A stretch of 64,000 nt of DNA from Lactobacillaceae bacterium (GTDB taxonomy: Bacteria > Bacillota > Bacilli > Lactobacillales > Lactobacillaceae): positions 12,123 through 76,122 of the forward strand of contig JAITPD010000033.1 of the NCBI GenBank assembly GCA_031289615.1. Direction: 5' to 3'. Below are positions 53,489 through 63,668 of this stretch, piece by piece (position 1 is the stretch's first letter; each line of letters opens with the position of its first letter). A program made the position numbers and the translations under genes. The notes under the pieces were generated by a model that searched no databases, was not told the origin of the DNA, and saw only the letters and a list, made by a program, of their open reading frames with translations.

Positions 53489-54442
53489 ATGGGTGTTAAT
53501 TTAACTAACCCACTTTTTGAAAAGCTTGGAATGAAGTATCCAATTATTCAAGGTGGAATGGCTTGGGCAGGAACTGGCGCATTGGCTGGTGCCGTGTCTG
53601 AAGCTGGTGGACTAGGAATCATTGGAACAGGCTATTGGCATGCTGACGATGTTCGACGCGAAATTCGCCGAGCACGTGAAGTTACTGATAAGCCATTTGG
53701 TGTAAACGTGATGTTGATGTCATGGCACATTCGCGAAGTCTTTGATGTAATTATCGAAGAAGGCGTAAAGGTTGTCGCAACCGGTGCCGGTGATCCATCA
53801 CCATTTATCGAAGAGTTGCACGAACATGGCGTGATCGTCATCCCTGTAGTTCCATCAGTCGCAATGGCTAAGATGATGGAAAAGAAGGGTGTCGACGCCG
53901 TGGTTGCTGAAGGAATGGAATCTGGCGGACACATTGGTAGCTTGACTACGATGGCTTTGATTCCACAAGTGGTTGATGCCGTAAGTATCCCAGTAATTGC
54001 AGCGGGTGGAATGGCCGATGGTCGTGGAGTTGCTGCAGCTTACATGTTGGGTGCAAGTGGTGTGCAAATGGGAACCCGTTTCCTAGCTACTGAAGAATCA
54101 GAAATTCACGAGAACTTTAAGAATGCCGTTTTGAAGGCTAAAGACGTGGATACAATTGTCACTGGTGAACTGATTGGTAATCGTGCGCGTGTTTTGAAGA
54201 CAAAGATGTCAAAGAACTTTGTTAAAAAAGAGCGTGAATTGATTTCACAACCAGCATTGACACCGGAGCAACGTGAAGAGCTAGAAAATGGAACTTTGCG
54301 CAATGCCGTTGTTGATGGTGACAAAGAAAACGGAGCATTCATGGCTGGGCAAATTGCTGGATTGATTCATGATATTAAGCCAGTTGCTCAAGTTTTAGAT
54401 GAGATCTGGACGCAAGCGGAAGATTTGTTGAACGGAAAGTAA
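53489..54442 (+). CDS. fabK: Enoyl-ACP reductase II (FMN-dependent, nitronate monooxygenase fold)
   Basis: YPIIQGGMAW.., GGLGIIG, AEGMESGGHIG, IPVIAAGG..DGRG and GVQMGTRF motifs. Confidence 0.88.
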   Translation: MGVNLTNPLFEKLGMKYPIIQGGMAWAGTGALAGAVSEAGGLGIIGTGYWHADDVRREIRRAREVTDKPFGVNVMLMSWHIREVFDVIIEEGVKVVATGAGDPSPFIEELHEHGVIVIPVVPSVAMAKMMEKKGVDAVVAEGMESGGHIGSLTTMALIPQVVDAVSIPVIAAGGMADGRGVAAAYMLGASGVQMGTRFLATEESEIHENFKNAVLKAKDVDTIVTGELIGNRARVLKTKMSKNFVKKERELISQPALTPEQREELENGTLRNAVVDGDKENGAFMAGQIAGLIHDIKPVAQVLDEIWTQAEDLLNGK

Positions 54443-54453
54443 AGGAAACGATT

Positions 54454-55389
54454 GTGAAAATTGGAATTCTAATGAGCGGTCAAGGAGCACAAACCGTTGA
54501 TATGGGACGTGATTTGTATGAAAACGTTCCGGCCTATCGCGAGACATTTGAACGAGCCAGCAAAGTTTTGGGCTACGATTTGATGGCTGAAGTTTGTGCC
54601 CACGAAGAAAAGATTAAGCAAACTGAATTTGCCCAACCTGCTATCATGACGATGGGAATGGGGATTTATAATTCATTGCGTGAATATTTGCCAACACCAG
54701 CCGGTTTCTTAGGACTGAGTCTTGGTGAATATACGGCTTTAACCGCCGCTCAAGTTTTTGATTTTGAACAAGCTGTTGCAATTTTGGCTGATCGTGGTCG
54801 CTATATGCAAACTGTTGGAAATGCGCATCCGGGTAAGATGGTTGCAGCAATGTCAGATGATCAAGAATTGATTGTTGAGATTTTGACTGAATTGCAAGCA
54901 GCTGGACACCAAGTTTATCCAGCCAACTTTAACACCTTTAATCAATTGGTCATTGGTGGAATTGCGGCTGACGTGGATTTGGCAGTTGAGAAGCTGACAG
55001 AAGCAGGCGTTTCGCGGATGATTGAATTGCCAGTTTCAGGAGCATTCCACACGCCGTTGTTAAATGATGCCGCCGAACAATTGAAAGTTCGTTTGAGCCA
55101 AGAAACGGTGCAAGCTGCAAAGCAACCCGTTTACTCAAATACAACTGGAAAAGTGTTCGATGATGTCTTAGCAACTTTGGGTGAGCAAATTGTCAAGCCA
55201 ACGTACTTTGCACAAGCTTTGCAAGCCATGCTCGATTCAGGCGTTGATACTTTGATCGAATTTGGTCCAAGTGATACACTCAGCAAGTTTGCTAAAAAGA
55301 TAGCTGGCAAGGAAATCGCGCGGTATAGCGTTTCTGATTACGATTCATTGCAAAAAATGATTAGTATTCTTTCAGAACAGGAGGGTTAA
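54454..55389 (+). CDS. fabD: Malonyl-CoA:ACP transacylase
   Basis: GTG start. GQGAQ, the active-site GLSLGEY, and VSGAFHTPL. Confidence 0.9.
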   Translation: MKIGILMSGQGAQTVDMGRDLYENVPAYRETFERASKVLGYDLMAEVCAHEEKIKQTEFAQPAIMTMGMGIYNSLREYLPTPAGFLGLSLGEYTALTAAQVFDFEQAVAILADRGRYMQTVGNAHPGKMVAAMSDDQELIVEILTELQAAGHQVYPANFNTFNQLVIGGIAADVDLAVEKLTEAGVSRMIELPVSGAFHTPLLNDAAEQLKVRLSQETVQAAKQPVYSNTTGKVFDDVLATLGEQIVKPTYFAQALQAMLDSGVDTLIEFGPSDTLSKFAKKIAGKEIARYSVSDYDSLQKMISILSEQEG

Positions 55390-55392
55390 TTC

Positions 55393-56112
55393 ATGGAAAT
55401 TAAAGGAAAGACAGTTTTAGTGACAGGTTCGGTTCGTGGAATTGGACTAGCAATCGCAAAAGCTTTTGATGCCGCTGGGGCGCGTGTGATTTTGCACGGT
55501 CGCAGTGGAGCAACACCAGAACTTTTACAAGAATTTAAGCCAGGCACATTAAGCATTGCTGGTGATATTGCAGATGCAGTAGGAATTCAAGCATCAATCG
55601 CTGAGCTATTTGAAGAAGTTGATCAGATTGACATTTTGATTAACAACGCTGGAATTACTAACGACAAGCCAGCAACGATGAGCCCTGCTGATTTTGCGAG
55701 TGTCGTCAATGTTAATTTGAACGGGACCTTTAATGTGACTCAGCCGATTTTTAAGCAAATGCGCAAGAAGAAGCAAGGGGTCATCATCAACTTGAGTTCA
55801 GTGATTGGGCTCATGGGCAATATCGGTCAAGCCAACTATGCAGCTTCAAAGGCGGGAATTCTTGGCCTCACGAAGTCATTGGCTCGTGAAGGCGCAACCA
55901 AGGGTATCCGTGTCAACGCAATTGCGCCAGGGATGATTCAATCAGACATGACAGATGTTTTGCCTGAAGCACAAAAGGAAATGATTCTAAATAACATTCC
56001 TTTGAAGCGTTATGGTGTAGCGGAAGAAATTGCTTCAACCGCACTGTTCTTGACACAAAACGATTACATCACCGGTCAAACAATTACGGTTGACGGTGGA
56101 TTGTACATCTAA
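55393..56112 (+). CDS. fabG: 3-oxoacyl-ACP reductase
   Basis: SDR motifs: VTGSVRGIG, NNAGI, and S...YAASKAG (catalytic YxxxK). Confidence 0.9.
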   Translation: MEIKGKTVLVTGSVRGIGLAIAKAFDAAGARVILHGRSGATPELLQEFKPGTLSIAGDIADAVGIQASIAELFEEVDQIDILINNAGITNDKPATMSPADFASVVNVNLNGTFNVTQPIFKQMRKKKQGVIINLSSVIGLMGNIGQANYAASKAGILGLTKSLAREGATKGIRVNAIAPGMIQSDMTDVLPEAQKEMILNNIPLKRYGVAEEIASTALFLTQNDYITGQTITVDGGLYI

Positions 56113-56202
56113 TCATTACAAGTGCTGAGTTACAGATTCTTTATTCAGATTTAGCACTTATTCATAATTTGGAACTCAGCATGCAACGAAATGGAGAATA
56201 AT

Positions 56203-57435
56203 ATGGCACGCGTAGTCATTACTGGTATGGGAGCAATCACTCCTGTTGGAAATAACGTTCAAGACTTTTTAGATGGTATTTATAGCAATCAGGTTGGAAT
56301 TGCTCCAATCACGCATTTTGATGCAACAGAAACAGGTGTGACGGTTGCTGGTGAAGTGAAGGGTTACGATCCAGCCGAACGTGTTGGAAAGCGTGAAGCC
56401 CGCAAGATGGATATTTTTGCGCAATATGGTGTTCATGCTGCTGGAGAAGCGCTTGAAAATGCTGGCTTGAAAGATGGTTTTGAAAATCCTGAACGCGTTG
56501 GTGTAGTTTTGGGAAACGGAATTGGTGGATTGACGACGATTCAAGATAACGTCATCAAGATGAACGAAAAGGGTCCTCAACGAGTTAGCCCAATGTTCGT
56601 ACCAAACGGAATTCCTAACATGGCGTCTGGAAACGTTTCATTGCGCTATGGTGCTAAGGGTGTGAACTACACGATTTCAACGGCTTGTGCTTCTGCTACC
56701 AACGCGATTGGTGAGTCATACTTGCGCATTAAAGCTGGAATGAACGACATCATGATTACTGGTGGAACTGAAGGAACAATCAACGAAATCGGAATCGCCG
56801 GCTTTGCTGCTTTGACTGCATTGTCAACTGAAGTAGATCCATTGAAGGCTTCAACACCATTTGACACGAACCGTCACGGCTTTGTCATGGGTGAAGGTGC
56901 CGGAGTATTGATTCTTGAATCACTCGAACATGCAAAAGCGCGTGGAGCAAACATCATTGCCGAAGTAGTTGGTTATGGTGCAAATTCAGACGCTTATCAT
57001 TTGACGAGCCCAACTCCTGATGGTTCTGGTCCTGCTGGCTCAATGAAGTTGGCAATTGCTGATGCTGGAATTCAAGCTTCAGATATTGATTATGTCAATG
57101 CTCACGGAACTGCTACTGGAGCCAATGACGCCGCAGAATCAAAGGCGCTTGAGTTAACATTTGGGCCTCAAGGAGTTTTGGCTTCTTCAACTAAGGGTAT
57201 GACTGGACACTTGTTGGGAGCAGCTGGAGCGATCGAAGCAATTGCAGCCATCGGAGCATTCCAAAAGCATGTTCTTCCTGAAAACGTGGGACTAGTTGAA
57301 CAAGATCCTGAAACTGTGGGAGCTTTGTTGGTCAATGCGACAAACAAGCAAGTTGATCCAACCTACGTTCTGAGCGCAAACTATGGCTTTGGTGGTCATA
57401 ATGCTGCGGTGATTTTCAAAAAGTGGGGAGAATAA
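56203..57435 (+). CDS. fabF: 3-oxoacyl-ACP synthase II
   Basis: ATG 56203 behind GGAGA. RVVITGMG, active-site ACASA, HGTAT and GHLLGAAG motifs. Confidence 0.92.
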   Translation: MARVVITGMGAITPVGNNVQDFLDGIYSNQVGIAPITHFDATETGVTVAGEVKGYDPAERVGKREARKMDIFAQYGVHAAGEALENAGLKDGFENPERVGVVLGNGIGGLTTIQDNVIKMNEKGPQRVSPMFVPNGIPNMASGNVSLRYGAKGVNYTISTACASATNAIGESYLRIKAGMNDIMITGGTEGTINEIGIAGFAALTALSTEVDPLKASTPFDTNRHGFVMGEGAGVLILESLEHAKARGANIIAEVVGYGANSDAYHLTSPTPDGSGPAGSMKLAIADAGIQASDIDYVNAHGTATGANDAAESKALELTFGPQGVLASSTKGMTGHLLGAAGAIEAIAAIGAFQKHVLPENVGLVEQDPETVGALLVNATNKQVDPTYVLSANYGFGGHNAAVIFKKWGE

Positions 57436-57438
57436 AGC

Positions 57439-57897
57439 ATGGCATTGAATTTTGATGAAATCCGGCAATTGATGGGTGAACTTGAGACCTCATCATTGCG
57501 GGATGTTGAAATCACAAATGGTGAATTTCATTTGCATTTGAGTAAAAATGAAAATGTTGCACCAGTTCAAGTAGCACAAGGCGCAGTTCAAACTGTTCAA
57601 ACAGCCAATGAAACTCCAGAAGTTACGCCTAATCCGCTTGATAAGCCAGCCAAGCCAGGAGCTGAAATTAAGGCGCCTTTGGTTGGAACTGTTTATTTGA
57701 AGCCTAAGCCAGAATCACCAGCATTTAAGCAAGTTGGTGAAAAGGTCGCGGTTGGTGAACAGGTTGCCATCATCGAAGCAATGAAGTTGATGACGCCGGT
57801 TAAGTCAACGGTTGCGGGAGTAATTACTGAAATATTGGTTGAAGACGAAGAAGTGGTTGATTTTGATAAGCCACTCTTTATCGTGGAAGAAGGGTAA
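57439..57897 (+). CDS. accB: Biotin carboxyl carrier protein of acetyl-CoA carboxylase
   Basis: Pro/Ala linker and the biotinyl-lysine motif IIEAMKLM. Confidence 0.88.
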   Translation: MALNFDEIRQLMGELETSSLRDVEITNGEFHLHLSKNENVAPVQVAQGAVQTVQTANETPEVTPNPLDKPAKPGAEIKAPLVGTVYLKPKPESPAFKQVGEKVAVGEQVAIIEAMKLMTPVKSTVAGVITEILVEDEEVVDFDKPLFIVEEG

Positions 57898-57907
57898 CGG
57901 TGAATTT

Positions 57908-58339
57908 ATGTCAGTCTTAAGTACAACTGAAATTATGGAAATCTTGCCACATCGCTATCCAATGCTATTGTTGGATACTGTGGAAGAATTAGAACCAGGT
58001 GTGAAGTGTGTTGCTAAGAAAAATGTTTCGATTAACGAAGAAATTTTCTTGGGACATTTCCCAGGCAATCCAACTTTCCCTGGAGCATTAACTGTTGAAG
58101 CGTTGGCGCAAACTGGTGCCGTTGCTTTGCTTTCAATGCCTGAATTCAAGGGTAAGACAGCTTACTTTGGTGGAATTAAAAAGGCTCGTTATCGTCAAAT
58201 GGTTCGTCCTGGAGATCAATTGCGTCTTGAAGTGACTTTGGATCGCATGCGTGGACCAATTGGGCAAGGAAAGGGCGTCGCATACGTCGGCGATAAAAAA
58301 GTTACAACTGCCGATTTGACGTTTATTATTGGTGATTAA
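57908..58339 (+). CDS. fabZ: 3-hydroxyacyl-ACP dehydratase FabZ
   Basis: ATG 57908. LPHRYPMLLLD and FLGHFPGNPTFPGALTVEALAQ. Canonical slot between accB and accC. Confidence 0.9.
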   Translation: MSVLSTTEIMEILPHRYPMLLLDTVEELEPGVKCVAKKNVSINEEIFLGHFPGNPTFPGALTVEALAQTGAVALLSMPEFKGKTAYFGGIKKARYRQMVRPGDQLRLEVTLDRMRGPIGQGKGVAYVGDKKVTTADLTFIIGD

Positions 58340-58340
58340 T

Positions 58341-59744
58341 GTGTTTAATAAAGTTTTAGTCGCTAATCGTGGTGAAATTGCGGTACGGATTATCCGAACG
58401 CTCAAGGAAATGGGTATCAAGTCGGTAGCGGTTTACTCAACTGCTGATAAAGATAGCCTCCACGTTAAATTAGCTGATGAAAAAATTGCAATCGGTGGGC
58501 CTAAATCAAAAGATAGTTACTTGAATATGAAAAATATCTTGAGTGCTGCTCTTTTGACTGGAGCTGAAGCCATCCATCCTGGGTATGGCTTTTTGGCTGA
58601 GAACGAATTGTTTGTAGAGATGGCCGAAGCAGTTGGCCTCAAGTGGATTGGGCCTAACCCGCACGTCATTGAGTTGATGGGTAATAAGGCCAATGCGCGT
58701 GAATCAATGCGTCAGGCTGGAGTTCCCGTGATTCCGGGGTCAGATGGCTTTATCAAGAGCCACGAGGATGCTTTGGAAGTTGCCGAACGAGTTGGCTATC
58801 CATTGTTGATCAAAGCTGCTGCCGGTGGTGGTGGTAAGGGAATGCGTTTTGTCTATAACGAAAAAGAGCTGTTCGACAAGTTTGCAGATGCGCAAAACGA
58901 AGCGAAGGCCTCTTTTGGTGATGACCACATGTACATTGAAAAAGTGATGACTAATGTTCGCCATATTGAGATGCAAGTCATTCGTGATCAACAAGGCAAT
59001 GTCCTTTATTTCCCAGAACGTAATTGTTCACTGCAACGGAATAATCAAAAGGTCTTGGAAGAATCGCCAGCGACTGGTGTGACTGCTCATATGCGAAGCG
59101 AGCTTGGTGAAATTGCGACCAAGGCGGTTAATGCAATCGAGTATGAAAATACTGGAACGCTTGAGTTCTTGCAGGATTCAGATGGTAATTTCTACTTTAT
59201 GGAGATGAACACGCGAATTCAAGTTGAGCATCCTGTGACTGAAATGGTGACGGGCCTGGACTTGATTCAAATGCAAATCGAAACAGCTGCTGGTGAGCCA
59301 TTGAAGTTGAAGCAAGCTGACGTAAAGTTGGACGGCTACTCAATGGAAGTTCGTTTGACGGCCGAAGCACCCGAAAAGAACTTTAGCCCATCTGCTGGAA
59401 AGATTGATTTCATGTTTTTGCCAACGGGTGGACCTGGAATTCGGATTGACACGGCTTTATATGCTGGTGATAAAATTCAACCATTCTATGATTCTATGAT
59501 TGCTAAGCTCTTGGTACACGCCGATTCACGCGAAAAGGTTGTGACTAAGATGCAACGGGTTTTGGATGAATTAGTGGTTTACGGTGTCCAAACGAGTGCT
59601 GATTTCCAAGCTGCGTTGTTACGAGATCCGCAAGTTTTGCGTGGGGATTTCGATACGCGTTACCTGGAAGAAAGTTTCTTGCCACGTTGGCAGAAAATCC
59701 AACCTTTGGCAGAATTAGGGGGCGGAGATGGATTTATTCAATAA
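58341..59744 (+). CDS. accC: Biotin carboxylase subunit of acetyl-CoA carboxylase
   Basis: A GTG start at 58341 gives MFNKVLVANRGEIAVRIIRT. ATP-grasp (GGGGKGMR), EMNTRIQVEHPVTE. Confidence 0.92.
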   Translation: MFNKVLVANRGEIAVRIIRTLKEMGIKSVAVYSTADKDSLHVKLADEKIAIGGPKSKDSYLNMKNILSAALLTGAEAIHPGYGFLAENELFVEMAEAVGLKWIGPNPHVIELMGNKANARESMRQAGVPVIPGSDGFIKSHEDALEVAERVGYPLLIKAAAGGGGKGMRFVYNEKELFDKFADAQNEAKASFGDDHMYIEKVMTNVRHIEMQVIRDQQGNVLYFPERNCSLQRNNQKVLEESPATGVTAHMRSELGEIATKAVNAIEYENTGTLEFLQDSDGNFYFMEMNTRIQVEHPVTEMVTGLDLIQMQIETAAGEPLKLKQADVKLDGYSMEVRLTAEAPEKNFSPSAGKIDFMFLPTGGPGIRIDTALYAGDKIQPFYDSMIAKLLVHADSREKVVTKMQRVLDELVVYGVQTSADFQAALLRDPQVLRGDFDTRYLEESFLPRWQKIQPLAELGGGDGFIQ

Positions 59745-60576
59745 AAAGGCGCAGGAAGCCCCTACACCTAAGTTGAAGCGTGATTCTAATTTGAATGATA
59801 AGATTCCTGATGGTCTGTTTTTGGCTTGTCCTTATTGTGGGGCGCAAAGTTATTCAAAGCAGTTGGGACGCGAACGTGTTTGTCCCAATTGTTCATATGG
59901 CTTCCGTTTGCAAGCACACGAGCGAGTGGAGCTACTAACTGATGCATTTGAAGAAATTGATGCTGATTTGGAATTGCCTGTAAATGATTTTCCTGGTTAT
60001 CAAGATAAGTTAGAACGTGCTCGCCAACAAACTGACTTGAAAGATTCTGTGTTGACGGGAATTGCTAAAATTGATGAAGAGGAAGTTGCCCTAGGTGTGA
60101 TGGATTCGTATTTCATCATGGGTTCACTCGGAACGATTACTGGTGAAAAAATTACGCGGTTGTTTGATACAGCCACTGAGCGCAAGTTGCCAGTAGTCTT
60201 GTTCACAGCTTCTGGTGGAGCACGGATGCAAGAAGGGATTTCTTCGTTGATGCAAATGGCCAAAACTTCAGCAGCAGTTGCTCAACATCGAGAAGCTGGA
60301 TTGTTGTTCTTGGTAGTCTTAACCGATCCAACGACTGGTGGAGTGACGGCATCCTTTGCGAACGATGGTGACATTACATTGGCTGAACCGCATGCTCTAA
60401 TCGGCTTTGCGGGACGGCGTGTGATTGAGCAAACGATTCATGAAAAGTTGCCAGCTGATTTCCAACGTGCAGAAACCGTGTTGCAAAATGGCTTTATTGA
60501 TGCAGTGGTTGATCGACGCGAATTGAAGACGACGATTGCAACCCTAGTTAGCTTTCACACAAAGGGGGCAATCTAA
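59728..60576 (+). CDS. accD: Acetyl-CoA carboxylase carboxyltransferase beta subunit
   Basis: Zn-ribbon CPYCG...CPNC. GGARMQEG motif. Confidence 0.9.
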   Translation: MDLFNKKAQEAPTPKLKRDSNLNDKIPDGLFLACPYCGAQSYSKQLGRERVCPNCSYGFRLQAHERVELLTDAFEEIDADLELPVNDFPGYQDKLERARQQTDLKDSVLTGIAKIDEEEVALGVMDSYFIMGSLGTITGEKITRLFDTATERKLPVVLFTASGGARMQEGISSLMQMAKTSAAVAQHREAGLLFLVVLTDPTTGGVTASFANDGDITLAEPHALIGFAGRRVIEQTIHEKLPADFQRAETVLQNGFIDAVVDRRELKTTIATLVSFHTKGAI

Positions 60577-61358
60577 TGGCTTTGTTTAGTCGCGAAAAGA
60601 CAGCTGCGCAAGTTGTTAAGAAGTCACGTGAAGACACGTACAATGCTTTGGAATTAATTAACGGTATTTTTGATGATTTTATTGAATTGCATGGCGATCG
60701 TTTAGCTGGTGATGATCCAGCGATGATTGGTGGAATTGCGCGGTTGAAAGGCCAAGCAGTCACGGTGATTGCAATTGATAAAGGAATCGACATTACTGAT
60801 AAGATTGCTAAGCGAAATGGCTCACCTGAACCTTGGGGCTATCGGAAGGCACAACGTTTGATTGAGCAAGCAGAACGCTTTAATCGCCCAGTTGTGACAT
60901 TTGTCAATACGCCGGGAGCATTTCCTGGTAAGACGGCCGAAGATCAAGGACAGGGCGATGCGATTGCGCAGAGTATTTTAAAGAGCATGTCAGTGAAAGT
61001 TCCTATGATTGCCATTATTTATGGTGAAGGGGGCTCAGGCGGTGCATTGGCATTGGCAACTACGGATCGCATCTGGATGTTTGAGAATGCCACATATTCA
61101 ATTCTTTCACCAGAAGGATTTGCCACGATTTTGTGGAAAGATGCCAAGCGAGCTGATGAAGCTGCTGAAATGATGGGGTTGACGGCGCAAAATTTGCTCG
61201 ATAAGAAAGTGATCGATGCAATCGTGCCAGAATCTCGCAATAAAGCCCGTTTGTTTAAAGGTTTGCAGGATAATCTAGCGAAGCAATTCAAGCTTCTACA
61301 AGCATTACCGCAAGCAGAATTAGTTGCACAACGGCGCGCACGTTTCCGGTCATTCTAA
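60576..61358 (+). CDS. accA: Acetyl-CoA carboxylase carboxyltransferase alpha subunit
   Basis: TAATG overlap with accD. NTPGAFPG and GEGGSGGALA motifs. Confidence 0.9.
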   Translation: MALFSREKTAAQVVKKSREDTYNALELINGIFDDFIELHGDRLAGDDPAMIGGIARLKGQAVTVIAIDKGIDITDKIAKRNGSPEPWGYRKAQRLIEQAERFNRPVVTFVNTPGAFPGKTAEDQGQGDAIAQSILKSMSVKVPMIAIIYGEGGSGGALALATTDRIWMFENATYSILSPEGFATILWKDAKRADEAAEMMGLTAQNLLDKKVIDAIVPESRNKARLFKGLQDNLAKQFKLLQALPQAELVAQRRARFRSF

Positions 61359-61374
61359 TAATTAATATTTAGTT

Positions 61375-61405
61375 GAGGTTCGGAATTTTCCGGATCTCAT
61401 TTTTG
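61375..61405 (+). terminator. Probable terminator of the fab/acc operon
   Basis: GAGGTTCGGAA/TTCCGGATCTC arms (with G-U pairs) followed by ATTTTT. Confidence 0.5.
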
Positions 61406-61449
61406 ATTACATAATTCGTTTTTCTAGGTATATAATACCTTGGATTTAG

Positions 61450-61564
61450 TTGGAACGGAGGTTGTTGCGAATGTCAAAATAATTTACCAATTTCACGGCA
61501 CTAAAGTACGCGTGAAAAGTTTTGCCTAGATTCGGCAAGGGTTGATCATCCGATGACAGAAACC
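61450..61564. repeat. Fragment (inverted) of the H2 module of the MITE-like family
   Basis: 61478-61564 aligns by eye at roughly 85 percent to the reverse complement of 52986-53075 (..AATAATTTACCAATTTCACGGCACTAAAG..CGTGAAAAGTTTTGCCTAGATTCGGC..). Confidence 0.6.
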
Positions 61565-61723
61565 ATGTAAATGAAAAAAAAGATGCTACAACAAAACCGC
61601 CATTAATCTAATTAAAAAGTTAAGAAAATAGCCTATTAAGCAAGAAAGATTAAAATTTATTTGATTATATGAGATACTAATTTCAAAATGACAATTAGAT
61701 AAGCATGAAAAAGAGGCATGAAA

Positions 61724-63607
61724 ATGAAAAACTCAAAGCGCAGTTTGGAAAATATCCGGACGTTATCAGATCCGTTTGTAGTCTCAAATCAAATATATAT
61801 TACGGTGAGCCACGCCCGTGAAAGCGAAAACGACTATGTGAGTGATTTAGCAAAAGTTGTGGATGACGCTGTTGAAATTGTAGTCGAAAATATTACTGAT
61901 GTTCAAATCGTTGGTGAAAAAATATTTTATCTCAAAGACAATCAACTTTTCTTCCATCACGAAGACAAAGATGACGAACAACTAACTCAGCAAATCAATC
62001 AAATTTTACAGTTCTTGCCAACTCCAGATGGCGAGCTTCTTTACTATGTGAGCAAGCAAACAAAGGTCGCTCCATTCAACACAGTTACTGATAAACCAAC
62101 AATTCGGCGCTATACAAAACTCCATTATAAAAATGATGGCGAAGGTTTTATTGATGAGGACCAAACATTCCAATTGCATTCCATTGATTTGAAGGCAACA
62201 GAACGATTAGTGAAAACTTTTTCATTACCAATTAAATTAGCGGATGTGTTTACAAAGAAGCGCATTCTTTTGATTGAGCAGACTAATGATGAAGACGCAT
62301 TATATCTGGATCAACGCTTGATTGAATTCGATCCAACCCGGGATTTATCAAAGATTTTAGCAGATCAAGAGATTGCTGAAATTGCCGAAGCGACATATAG
62401 TCCAGACGGGCACCAGGTTTTGTTTATTGCGACGGATCAAACGTACCGGAATCGTCGAGTTGCGCAATTATTCCGTTACGATGCACATGAAAAGCGTACA
62501 GTATTGCAGTTTAGTGCTGAAGAAATGCTCGAAGGTCCGCATGGTGATCTGGTGATTAAGGATCAAAAACGGCATGTGAAATGGCTCGACAATGATACGT
62601 ATGCCTTTGAAACTGGTTATCATGGCCACAATCGTTTGTATTTGGCATCTGTTTCGGGCGAAAAAGAATTGGTGCGCGATGAAGCAGAAGCATTGTCAGA
62701 TTTCTTATTCTTGGAAGATACGGCGCTGGCAGTACGTTCAACGGTTGATCATCCATCACAACTAATTAATTTGGCGAATAGCAAGGTTGTATTGGATTTG
62801 AACGAAACGTATTTGGCGCATCAAAAGTATGTCTTTAGAAGTCCAGACGGCGAATTTATTGACGGTTGGTTTTTGCCAAATGCGGCTGGAGTAAAAGCGC
62901 CGGTAGTTTTGTACGTGCACGGCGGACCGCATGGGGCTTATGGCGAAGGGTTCTTTTGGGAATTCCAACAATTTGCACAAAAGGGCTACAATGTTGTATA
63001 TGTAAATCCGCATGGTTCAACGACTTACGGGCAGGATTTCATTGAATCCGTGGTAGAACATTATGGTGAACAAGATTTTCAAGATGTTTTGACAGGCCTA
63101 GATGTAGCAATCACGCAACATGCTGATTTAATTGATGAACAACAACAGTTTATCGCTGGTGGATCATATGGTGGATTCATGGCAACATGGGCGATTGGAC
63201 ATACGAATCGTTTCACAGCTGCGATTGCTCAACGGCCAGTGACAGATTGGCTCGCTTTAGCTGGATCATCTGATATTAATTATAATTTTGTCGAAACTGA
63301 CATGGGTGCAACGCCTTATACTCCTGAGGGCCGGGAAACTTTGATTGAAAAGTCACCTTTGACTTATGCACCAAATGTGGAAACTCCATTGTTGTTGATG
63401 CATGGTGAATACGATATGCGGACACCAAGTGGTCAGTCAGAAGCGATGTATACAGCAATTAAATTGACGACCGAAGCAAATGTTGAAATGGTACGCTTTC
63501 CTCAAGCGTGGCACGGTGTTTCACGAAATGGTTTCCCTAATTTGCGTCTTGCGCGATTAGATGTAATGTTTGAATGGCTCGCTCGATATGGTACACTAGA
63601 AGCATAA
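61724..63607 (+). CDS. S9-family serine peptidase (prolyl oligopeptidase / acylaminoacyl-peptidase type)
   Basis: ATG 61724 (better spaced from AGAGG than 61718). N-terminal beta-propeller-like region. The C-terminal alpha/beta hydrolase has the nucleophile GGSYGG and HG..D..TP. Confidence 0.8.
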   Translation: MKNSKRSLENIRTLSDPFVVSNQIYITVSHARESENDYVSDLAKVVDDAVEIVVENITDVQIVGEKIFYLKDNQLFFHHEDKDDEQLTQQINQILQFLPTPDGELLYYVSKQTKVAPFNTVTDKPTIRRYTKLHYKNDGEGFIDEDQTFQLHSIDLKATERLVKTFSLPIKLADVFTKKRILLIEQTNDEDALYLDQRLIEFDPTRDLSKILADQEIAEIAEATYSPDGHQVLFIATDQTYRNRRVAQLFRYDAHEKRTVLQFSAEEMLEGPHGDLVIKDQKRHVKWLDNDTYAFETGYHGHNRLYLASVSGEKELVRDEAEALSDFLFLEDTALAVRSTVDHPSQLINLANSKVVLDLNETYLAHQKYVFRSPDGEFIDGWFLPNAAGVKAPVVLYVHGGPHGAYGEGFFWEFQQFAQKGYNVVYVNPHGSTTYGQDFIESVVEHYGEQDFQDVLTGLDVAITQHADLIDEQQQFIAGGSYGGFMATWAIGHTNRFTAAIAQRPVTDWLALAGSSDINYNFVETDMGATPYTPEGRETLIEKSPLTYAPNVETPLLLMHGEYDMRTPSGQSEAMYTAIKLTTEANVEMVRFPQAWHGVSRNGFPNLRLARLDVMFEWLARYGTLEA

Positions 63608-63668
63608 CAAAATCGTTTGGGAGGCAATAACTCCCTTGGAAATAAAAGAAAATGGAATAATATAAATT

